From: Phoronis australis
Lineage: Eukaryota; Animalia; Phoronida
Reading direction: 5' to 3'
NCBI GenBank assembly: GCA_002633005.1
Contig: NMRA01000293.1
Span: forward strand, 209,198 to 273,197
DNA: 64,000 nt
This document shows positions 13,701 to 24,500 of the stretch, in pieces. Within the stretch, counting starts at the first letter, position 1, and each line of letters opens with the position of its first letter. The position numbers and the translations under genes were made by a program. The notes under the pieces were generated by a model, which saw nothing but the letters and a program-made list of their open reading frames with translations, had not been told where the DNA came from and made no database searches.

Positions 13701-16700
13701 GGACGAAGTAATAGTTCTAGTAACAGTAATGATAATTTTCACGTTGACGACGTTGATCATGACGACGATGACAATGACGTTGATAACGCTGATGATGGTT
13801 AAAATGAAAGCAGGGAATGTGCTCTCTTTCAGATACACACTGGTATGCAGCATTTATCCATATTTCCTGCGCAACCAAATGGACTTCCGCTCAGGTTTCC
13901 GACAATGGCCGACCAACTTAAAAAGGCTGGATATTCTACACACTTAATAGGAAAATGGCATCTTGGGTTTTACAGGAAGGAGTTCACACCTACTTACAGA
14001 GGATTTGATACATTTTATGGTAATAATTTACTTGTACACAGATTTGATAGACCAAGTTCATGAAACATGAACACAGAGTTGATTAATTACTAAGATGACT
14101 CTAAAATTGAACTTACTAACAAGCGACCCTTCTTCACCCCATTGGCGGATCTAGGATGTCGCGGAGGGCATCAAAAGATTCTCACCTTTGTACTACCCCC
14201 CCCGCCCCTTAAATCTGCCGATGTTCCCAGTCCAGACGAAAATGATGATCAATGTTAGAATAGTAAACAGCCCTTGGAGGTAAAATGTCCATTTATGATC
14301 CACAACAAATCAAGTAACGATAACTTCATTTTCTCACTTTCTCTAGGAAAGCTCACAGGTAGTGGCGACCATTTTGAGCACGAGCGATGCCACAGCTTTG
14401 AGGGGCCTGACGGCCTCGAAAAATTCTGTGGGCTGGATCTATGGGACAATGAGACCCCAATATGGAACGCCACAGGGCGGTATTCGACGGAGTTATTCAC
14501 CGAGCGAGCCTTACGGGTTATTAATAACCATGACAACAGCAAAGTACGCCTGTTAGATTATGTTTTCATACATAATTTCTTTTAAAAGGCTGCGATAGAT
14601 TCAGGGATTGAAAGCAGACACTTCTCTTTACCTTTCTCAACAGGGTGGGTTCCCTCCGGAAACACTTCATGTTCCGCCATATCGTGCCCAACATTATTCA
14701 TATATTTACTTACTCCTTTCGTCACCTTAATTAATTACCCACTATCTTGTTTCCACGTCCAGTCGCTTAGCCGAATACATGTCATAATATGCAGAAATAA
14801 CAACGTATCAGTCCTTTCCAAGCATAGATATCTAACGGACTATATGCACTACGTACCTTGACTATATCTTTCTTGTTGATTTCCCGAATGCACAGAGATA
14901 GCATCAGCTACATATGTATAAAAGCTCGATTTTTTCTAGCCCCTGTTTATGTTGTTGGCATTCCAAGCGCCGCACATACCACTACAAGTTCCCAAAAAGT
15001 ACGTTCGACCCTACTTTGATATCGAAGACAGGAAGAGACGTCTATACGCAGGTACTTTTGCTTTGTAATGACCAGAGACAAAACACAGCGATCTTGTATC
15101 GCATCATAGATACAGTGGCCATATTTTGAAAGATCTGAGAAAATACTTAACTTCGCTTGTGTGAACAGAGTACCTCGTGATACTCAGTCGTCGTCAGTCT
15201 GGGCACAAAAGTTATTTTGTTCAAACATTTTCCTACGGACAATGGTTCGGCTCTTCAGTTTTTATTTACACGTCATAGACAACAACCCATATTCCCCACA
15301 ATCCTTTCATCTTATTTACTGTGGTGCTTTATCATACTCTTCTGCAAAACAGATTCCGATATTTTAATGATTTGACATTCTCAGGCTTCGTCACCATTAT
15401 TCATGGAAGCAGAAATCATTCTGAGTATTACTACGTCATGTACTTAACGGTTAGCGCTGACCCACGTGTCTAGAGAGCGGAAATGAATGGTGCCGGAATC
15501 TATGCACCGGTTTGTGGTAGTGCAGAACTTTGATCGTTTAGTCAAGATAAACAGCAACTATTAACAATGTAGCCCTGTAAAAATAATTTGAGTTACGCTA
15601 TTGACGATGTTTTGGCAATTAAAGCCGCGAGTTAATAACCGTGTGTTTTCAATGTTTTGCTTTAACATTTTTGTAACAAGTTTTGCTCAATAAAATTCGC
15701 AGGTATGATAGCGTCCTTAGACGAGGCTGTAGGTGCCATTTATGACGCCCTGTGGAGAAAATATTTATACCAGAACAGCGTTATCGTGTTTTCTACAGGT
15801 AAGGTTTTTACTAATATCAGCACGCCCGGAAAGTCAGGTCTGCTTACTGAATACCTGGAACCTTGCTTACAAATGTGTTTCATAGAGCGTGACTTCCCAA
15901 GGTTGCGGCTATAAAATTCCCTTCCATCACAAGAAATTCTTTTGATTTTGACCATTTACCCTTATGAAATTGGTTTCGAATCGTTCCTTAGACCAGTTGG
16001 AGGTGATACCTGAGTTTCGAATGAACTAACCATTCGGTATAGCTTGAAATCAGGATCTAGAAGATGGCTCGTCATGGCGCGTCATTTTGTGCGCAGATGC
16101 TCTCAATAACGAACTGGTAGTTCTTTGCAAATCCAGAAATTTCTTTTCATCTGAATATGGAGAATTGAGATCAAATTTATAGCGGTAAATATTCTAAATC
16201 ATATGTTTGCTTCTTGGTCTGAACGCTGGTTTATATCCGCGCTAACCACCCGATCCATCTGGCCTGCCTCCGGCGATTTCGATATCAAAACCACCTCCTA
16301 TCAAACAACTCCTACGAAACAGAACGGGTCCCAGTGGTTTCTGATACCATGAAGATCACACAATTAGTTTTTGCAGAAGAATGAAGTCAACGCAGCAAGT
16401 TGGACTTCAAAAATTGTCGTTTCATGTCCTGAAGGTAACTTGACTGAATCACTAGATGGTGCTATTAGATGGTGCTTATTGCAGCTTTAAATTTCTTTGC
16501 TCGAGCCCTAATTTGAACCATACGCAACAGAACAGGTTGAAAAGAAAATGCGCTCACCCGCATCATTTAAAACATCACTGTCTTAAAAATATGGTTAGAA
16601 ATATTTAAAAGGTAGGAAACATGGAACTGGTTATCACGCCGACTGTAAGTAGTGATCATCATTTATAACTGCGAGGAAATATACTTTTATTTTCTAAATG

Positions 16701-19700
16701 ATCAGCTACTGCCTTTTATTCAAAAATAATTTCTGGCAGTCAAAAGGGGCAAAACCCCCACGCTTTTTCATAGTGTTAAAGGTCAATTTTTTATTTAGGC
16801 CTATTACAGTTGTAAAATCGGTCTCATCTTGTTCCTTTAGCAGCCTAAAGGGGGAGTGTGACCAAGAACAAGTGACGATTCGTTATAGCTTCAAACCAAA
16901 CTCAGTTGTGTTGCTTGTAACGGTGGACTAGTTTCACTCGGCCAATCAGTATGGTCGTCTGGGGGGATTCCAGACGTTTTATCGTCACCAATTTATAATT
17001 CAAAAAAGGATAAGAATGCAGTGATGGTGCTTTTGCAGAACAAATGTGAAGTATACCTGTGAACAAGAAAGTTTTTGACGCCAAAATATGGTTGATAGCT
17101 ACTTTATAACAAGGTACATGAAATTAACGTAAGCAAAATAGGGTCATACAGTCATTTTTGACGGAGAAAAATGATTTGAATTAAGCAAGAGAAAGGAAAA
17201 GAAAAATGCCATCTTTTTAAAGGCAGTAAATCTCTGCCAAACATTTTCCCAGTCAGGTTCAACAAGACTGCATTGGTCCCGTTTATGTTACTTTTATTAT
17301 GACGCAAACAAATACTGTTAACAAAAACATTTGACATCAATGAGGCAGAATTTGGTTTAAAGTATCCGACAATTTACTGGCCATTGTAAAACAACGATCG
17401 AGCCAGTTTATTCCCATTCTTTACGCCATTGTTTCCATCTTCATTTCAGACAACGGCGGCTCAGGCTATCAGGGTGCCAGTAACTGGCCGCTCAGAGGCG
17501 GGAAAGGCACATTTTGGGAAGGAGGGGTTAGAGGTGTTGGCTTCGTTAACAGTCCCCTAATAGAAAAACCCGCTAGAGAGTCACGTGGCCTGATGCACAT
17601 TTCTGATTGGTTCCCAACGTTGGTGACCCTTGGCGGTGGAGCTGTGAAAGGAATCGGAAAACTGGACGGTTTTGATATGTGGGGAGCTATCAGGTAGTTT
17701 AAATTTTCCAGTGTATTTCGTATGATTATTGTCTCGTGTACTAGAAAAACGACACAATGTTGGTTATCAAAAACCGGCATAGGCAACTGAACTTTGCTCA
17801 TTTTCGCGAAGACGTAGAGAGGTTACCAAGTACCTGCGTTCCTGAAGTTTCTTTTGCCTCACAAACAAACCAAAAGTGTGCTTTAGTAGTGTCCTCCTTT
17901 AACATAATCAACCAGTCATTCTCCAATTTCAGTCGAGGTGAGCACAGTCCAAGAAAAGAAATTTTGCACAACATTGATCCTCTAAAGAAACCATTTGGTA
18001 CCTCGAAGTTCAAGAACACGTTTGATACCTCAATGCGTGCCGCCATTCGTGTTGGAGATATGAAGCTAATCACAGGAGATCCCGGTAGGTGTCCTCTTGA
18101 CCATACCTTCGAATATGGCCTGATGGGAAAGCCATCATTTTCATTGAAAAGGTTACTAAAATCCTATTTTGACTATGAACGGATATCAAAACCAACTTAA
18201 CAGTTAATTCGTTAAAACAAAACAATGCGCTTTAGACCTTCGCCAATCCGTCGAAGTTTGATTCAAGTTCAACGACGTCTTAAAATATATATACTAAATC
18301 GCCAAGTGCTAACGCTACGAGCGAATTATTGCATGAATGTGGAGACAGGTCGCGCCCCTCCAACCCGCACCGATCCATTTTGTGTCACAGTGAAGACGGA
18401 GCTTTATTTGAACAAATGGTTTTATTTTCCCGGACGTGTACTAATCGTAGCAGGTGACAAGCAATAACATGGTTTACTCTTTAAAACTACTGAAAACCCA
18501 ACTTCTACCAAAACGCAAACTTTTAATTTTAGATCACTTACTGTCATAATACTGACCTCAAATCCTTTCTTATTAACATTTTGAGAGGAATTCTTGGTTT
18601 GGGAAGAATTGGCAGTTTCTGATTGCTTGAGATGGGACTCATTTAGTTGGTTGGTCATATTATACATGCAAGGTCTCGAGCACTAACTGTCACTTGTTCC
18701 CATTTTTGACTCCCCAACTGATTAAGGAACAGCACGAGACCAGCTTTACTGTGATAAGTGGTCTTAGTTGCTTTAACAATAAGTATATATTTTCTGAAAG
18801 TAGAAATCCTATAGACTATGATTTTTAATTTCATACTTATCGGTCACTAATTGGGTCAGTGACCATGTTTTAGCACAACTTAGCAGAGAATTATGGCAAA
18901 ATCATTGCAAAACAGCCGTCTCTATAAAAATTTTATTCGATATATTCAAGATGAAATCTGAATCATTTTGTTTTCGTTTTGCACAATCCTTGATTTTAAC
19001 AACATAAAGGTCCAATTTTCATAAACTTCAGGCAAAAGTGGAACATTTTAAAAACAATTCCTAATGTTTTGGAGTACAGTGTATTTAAACGCAGTATGTG
19101 AAAGTTTGTTATGAATCCGATCAATTATTTCTGAGACACAACGTTCCGAAATTAGCCATATTTGGACATTTTCTAATGTTCTTTATGTCTGCGTTCAATA
19201 TTTGTATCACGTTTGTTTTCACCATTAGGCTTTGCTGAACGTTTGTTCCCCTTCCTCAGAAAATGGACGAACTGGTGTCAAGGTGTGATCTTGTTCTCGA
19301 ACAATTCGCGTTTACACCGACGCACTTTCCCCAGAATCACTGTACATGGCCTTGTAATACTTCATTGATACACCTTACAATGTCTTTCAATGCAGTCTTC
19401 TTAGAAAAGAGGGTGCTTTGAATTCAATAATTGCCAAATACGCTTCTACGAAATGAATAATTGCCAAATACGCTTCTACGAAATGGATAATTGCCAAATA
19501 CGCTTCTACTTAAAAAATCTTTAACTTTTAAATAATCATTTCAGTTTCAAAGTCACTGGACATTGTTTGACCGATGTCGTCTCTGATGCACTCAGTCAGC
19601 CGTCGTTTGACGGTCTCATGTATAGATATCGTTTTAGGCAAAAGTAGCTGGATTCCACCGGCTCACCTGGGGCACTTGACAGATGTATTGTTCTACCGTC

Positions 19701-20134
19701 CACCTCGAAACAAAAATGTTTGGCTATTTAACATTACCGACGACCCCGTGGAGGAATTAGATTTAACTGACGAGTATCCACGCTACGTCAAACAGTTACT
19801 TTGGAAGTTGAAGAAATACTACGAGAACTCCATCCCTCCGAGATTTCCACGTGGTGACGTCATGGCCAATCCAGTTTATCAAGATGGCGTATGGGGCCCA
19901 TGGATTGTAAAGAAGAATGTCAAATTTCCTCGAAAATACGTTCTTAGTAGCAAGAAACGGAAGGAGACTGTGTCGGTTTTTGAAAGAGCATGGAATTCGT
20001 TCTATGACAGTGCTATGAATTTTGCTACAAGAAAACTGAAGCAAAAACTCGAAAAGATATTCCGAGACACGATTGAAGGCTCCGGAGAAACAAGTTATGG
20101 CGAAAAAGTGTTCAATCCGGTTCACATAATTTGA
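10766..20134 (+). CDS. ARSB: Arylsulfatase B-like (N-acetylgalactosamine-4-sulfatase / ARSB-ARSI-ARSJ family), 8 coding exons, 580 aa
   Basis: Exons 10766-11023, 13833-14019, 14347-14543, 14940-15051, 15703-15798, 17450-17693, 17933-18084, 19638-20134; all GT-AG, phases consistent, total 1743 nt. Signal peptide then [20 protein letters not shown], formylglycine motif [56 protein letters not shown]. Exact orthology within the subfamily not established. Confidence 0.93.
13610..13798. repeat. Compound trinucleotide microsatellite (ATA/ACA/GAC/GAT) in arylsulfatase intron 1
   Basis: Runs of ataataacaacaacaatgacaac and gacgatgacaatgac ending ~35 nt before the exon 2 acceptor. Confidence 0.85.
14140..14223. 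mobile_element. Short MITE-like element, copy 2
   Basis: CATTGGCGGATCTAGG ... CCTTAAATCTGCCGATG terminal inverted repeats; ends similar to 2113-2210. Confidence 0.5.
18780..19175 (+). repeat. Old dispersed repeat (probable non-autonomous DNA transposon), copy 1
   Basis: Collinear similarity with ~53990-54382: TATATTTTCTGAAAGTAGAAA near the start, CAAGATGAAAT in the middle, AATCYGATCA...TTTCTGAGA...GTTCCRAA near the end. Confidence 0.5.
19426..19509. repeat. Tandem repeat, 30-bp unit, ~2.8 copies
   Basis: ATAATTGCCAAATACGCTTCTAC recurs three times with period 30. Confidence 0.9.
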
Positions 20135-20317
20135 ATATGTAGGTTATTTGAGAAATTACAAGGGGTGAACAAGATTTATCAAAGTAAACTGCCGCATTAT
20201 CTCACGAAAGGAAAAATGTTTTGAACAGTGAAACATTTTCTGTGAGAGCCGATTTCAGTTATTGTCGATCAAGAATCGACATGTTATTGAGAATACTTTG
20301 TTCGCTTTACTGTCCTT

Positions 20318-20832
20318 AGAAATACTACGAGAACTCCATCCCTCCGAGATTTCCACGTGGTGACGTCATGGACAATCCAGTTTATCAAGATGGCGTATGG
20401 GACCCATGGATCGTAAAGAAGAATGTCAAATTTCCTCGAAAGTATGTCTTAAGTAGCAAGAAACGGAAAGAGGCTGTGTCGTTTTTTGACTAAAGAGCAT
20501 AGAATTCGTTCTATGACAGTGCTATGGATTTTGCTACAAGAAAATTGAAGCAAAAACTCGAAAAGATATTCCGAGACACGATTGAAGGTTCCGCAGAAAC
20601 AAGTTATGGCGAAAAAAGTGTTCAATGCGGTTCACATAATTTGAATATGTAGGTTATTTGAGAAATTACAAGGGGTGAACAAGATTTATTAAAGTAAACT
20701 GTACGCATTATCTCACGAAAGGAAAAATGTTTTGAACAGTGAAACATTTTCTGTAAGAGCCGATTTCAATTATTGTTGATCAAGAATCGACATTTATGTT
20801 ATTGTGAATACTTTGTTCACTTTACTGTCCTT
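20318..20832 (+). repeat. Degenerate tandem duplicate of the arylsulfatase last-exon 3' part and proximal 3' UTR (source 19812-20317)
   Basis: Near-identical to 19812-20317, with small indels and a TGG to TAG change. AGAA microhomology at the junctions. Confidence 0.95.
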
Positions 20833-20970
20833 AGAATGCGTGTTTAATTACATCTTTTTACCCCAAAATAAAAGCAAAAGCTTAGTCTGTCACAACATGC
20901 GTCGTTGTTTTGTTGATTTCAAACTAAATATGAACACGATCCGTACATTCACGAACACACAGTGCATTAC

Positions 20971-21527
20971 AATGAATGTTTTCAGTCATCCAGTTGGGTC
21001 ATAGTATAAGAATCAATAAATCTATTACTGGACTTACGGTACGTGGAGATGGCTACGTGGCTACGTCAAATGTGGTGTATGGCATTTCATGATCGGAACC
21101 GGGGTGTGGAGCAGCATACATTGGGGAAACCAAACAAGCCCTGAAAAGTCGTTTCAACCAGCATCGGAGGTCCAGTTATGGGGACTGCTATGATTCTGCA
21201 GTTTTTACTCACATGGCTTCCACACACCACTCTTTCGCCATGGAAGATGTGAAGATCCTGGATAGAGAAGAAAATTGGTTTCGGAGAGGGTCAAAGAAGC
21301 TATCTACGAGAGAATGGAGAATCCTAGCCTCAATAGACAGGGGGGCTGCGGTTTCACTTACCTAGGACATGGGATATGGCGCTGAAGAGAATCCCGCGGA
21401 AACTGTACGACAGATCACATGACAAGTCACGTGACAACTCAGTGGCCTGATGAAGTCCTCGAGAGGAGGACGCAACGTAGCCATCTCCACGTACCGTAAG
21501 TCCAGTAATAGATTTATTGATTATTAT
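20971..21527 (+). mobile_element. 5'-truncated Penelope-like element: inverted pLTR fragment, GIY-YIG endonuclease remnant, pLTR
   Basis: 14-bp TSD ACACAGTGCATTAC (20957-20970, 21528-21541). Inverted arms 21005-21058 and 21475-21528. Translation NVVYGIS*SEPGCGAAYIGETKQALKSRFNQH...VKILDREENWFRRG/KEAIYERMENPSLNRQGG matches the C-terminal GIY-YIG of PLEs, with one frameshift. Antisense tail ATGACCCAACTGGATGACTGAAAACATTCAT at the left end. Confidence 0.9.
21443..21483 (+). ncRNA. Minimal type I hammerhead ribozyme motif in PLE pLTR (GCAA core variant)
   Basis: TGGC CTGATGA A GTCCTC GAGAG GAGGAC GCAA C GTA GCCA: stem I TGGC/GCCA, stem II GTCCTC/GAGGAC, cleavage triplet GTA. GCAA replaces canonical GAAA. 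Confidence 0.7.
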
Positions 21528-24500
21528 ACACAGTGCATTACTCAAATGAGCTTTTTCTCCCTGATGCTTTTGCAAAACAGTATGCTCCTTTGCTTATTTA
21601 AAGTGCTTTCCTAGACAAATTGCCCAACATGTGGAGTCAGCGCACGAGCTTAAATGTAGTTACCATTCATATTTGATTCGTTTATTTTTTATTGTGTCTC
21701 ATTCTTAAGTCAGTGACAGATGAGCCCAATTCGGGCTAGGTAGGTATCGTTACTTCAATTCATATGTTGTTCAATGTTCTTGTCATTGTAATGAATATAA
21801 CACTACACAATGGGAGTGACGAATACACGTAAATGCGATGGTTTCAAATCACAGCAATAACAGTTAACAATTTGCGTTGAGCCTCACCTTTTATCTAGTG
21901 ACACGAAAGACTGTACTTTTCTATTTGAGCATACATAATGTCACGGAGGCGGCAAACCCTTTTTTGTTAATGTTATGTTCAAACACCAGACCTGTAGTTG
22001 ATTGAATTACGTTTTTTTTTCATGCATGTATAATGACCTCATAGCTCTCCTAACTTGTCGCCTACTCACTCTTTTGGGTCCCAAATAAATACCTTGAGAA
22101 TCATCTCCTCCTGGATAGCTATGGGCTTAGCGAAAGTGTACCCTTTTGAAATAAACAGCTCAAGCATTCCAATTTACTTTTCATTAATTTATTTCTTTTC
22201 GGGTGTTGCAAAAAATCCATTACGTATGTAGTGTTGCCGTCATTCGGTGCGTTGTGTCCTCAAGTGTGAAAGGCCAGTGCAACACGTCTTGGCAGCTTGG
22301 CCACGCCATTAACACATAGGTGAATTGGGTAAAATGGTTATCTGAACTTGTAATGGTTACATTTATATCTGAAATGACTCGGAATCCACGACTCGTTTTA
22401 TTTTAAGAAATACTTATAATTACCGTGCCAAGATCCCCCGTGCAAATACTTCACAACTTCATGTCTATGGAATGAAGTTAAGGTGATTGCACTGAAATAC
22501 TGTGATTCTTTTGAAAACTCTATACGTTGGTTGCGCCGTAATTGTGACGCAAATTTTCAGTTTTTGTGTCCATACTACAATTTTTGAATAGCGAAAAGCA
22601 CAATTATAGTACTTTTTTTAAACCAAGATTTTCCTAAGGTAACAACGAGCCTTTGTTACTAGTGATTTTTAAATACCGGTTGTCTAAATTTTAAATACTT
22701 AATGAGATCACAAAAATGTCTTATCTGTGTTTGTACCCCAACGTAACCACGTCATTTCCTTTTCTGTTTTATTTACCATAATACCTAAATTTTCAAATAT
22801 GACACACAAAGATCAAAACGTCAGTACTTTCAACACGCTTAAAGCAACTTTTTCAATGACCAATCTAAAACTGAGAGCAGTAAAAAGTACCACAAATCAT
22901 TTTCGCTTCATATTTGGAGGGCTCACTCTTGAATGTTATTCCGTTCAAACTTAGTGTACACACTGTTAACTGTTAACTGTTAGTCAATAAAGATCGTTTG
23001 AAGGGTACCATGACTTACACAGGCGAGAAATACCAATGGTTTTTCACCCTAATTCACGAATTAACTTGTACAGCGATAGCCGTAATTTATTTTGAGCGTG
23101 ATAACCATTATTTTTCAATGAGTTGCAGACAGTGTTTCTGACTTACATCCTTAGCCTATTTTCCTGAAACAGAGTTTTCTAGCCATCGGTAGATTCATTT
23201 TTAGTTGAGGACAGAAGACTAAAGACAATACAGCACCCTGGTTGGACAGTTTGGATGGCACCTGTTAAAGCAATAGTCACTGTTTTTACAACTTTATGTG
23301 GAACACAATAACCAAAGGACAACTGCATCTTCGTTACCAATGATAGGGAACTTTTAAATATTAACTGAAACACGGTAAAGCCTTAAACTTTCAAACAAAT
23401 GCTTGGGTCACAGAAATGCGCTATGTGCTTGAAAGTGATTATTCAATGTTTCCAGTCGAACGATCTACACAAGTCTATATATTATCCACGCATGTGAATG
23501 ATTGTTTAACATATTGGGAAGATAGTTTGGGTTTAAAAGAATCTGCGGAGAATATCGCAAGGGCAGGCTCAACCACAGTTTACCACGCTTGAGAAAATGT
23601 GCGCATGGTCCTACAATGGCATGCTGTTTTTTAGTGGTGTCCACGACGGGGCCCAATATCCCTACCCCCTCTCCCCTGAATCCCTCCATGAACAATATAA
23701 ATCTTTTGCTATACACATAGAAATGTGATTTCGACAGGCTCAGCCATACACTTGACCACTGCAACGCGGTGCTTTTTGAAACAAAAATTTAAATTCGGCT
23801 TAATTGTCACAGTGATTCATGTAGAACTCACCTGAAATTTGAAATAACTGTTGATCCAATTGCCTTTTTCTTCGTATTCAATACGTTCCAATTTTCCAAA
23901 AATAGAATCCTATCACGGTAAGCAGATTGATTTTGTGAGAGTAAATGACCTAATTATTTTCATTTTTCATGCTGCTAAACAGGACGAAATGCAGCTTCAC
24001 ATGTGATTTCAGCAAAGCAGGCAACGGTGAGACTTGACGATTTGTAATGAAGTCGCAAAAACACAACGGGTTTTGTTGTTTAAATGCCCTTGTCAAAGCT
24101 AATAACTTCAAGAAATTTATCTCAAACAACTATAATTGCTGTTTTCGGGCGTAAAACCGACAGTGTACCTTTTAAGCGATATTATTTTTACGTTTACAAA
24201 AGTTGAAATTTTCTAGTTCTAATGAGGAATCGACAAAATGGTTGCCGAAGTGAATTTAATCAAACATCATCTCGTGCAAGTAGCTAGCGATCTCTTCTGT
24301 TTCGGCAGAATCTTTCAATTAAAACTTTTACTGTACAGGTTATTTTTTACCTCTATATGACATTTCAAAACTGAATCGGGCATCTACTCTTGGTAGGAAG
24401 AGCTACACTGAGAATGAGATTACCACACAAGGCGATGCTTGACAGCTTGCGTAAAATATCTGCTGGAATTTAGTATCACTATTAAAGGGGTCGTAACATC

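Noticed and set aside
13542-13853. Cys-rich and Thr/Asp-rich ORFs
   Set aside because: Translations of an intronic trinucleotide microsatellite.
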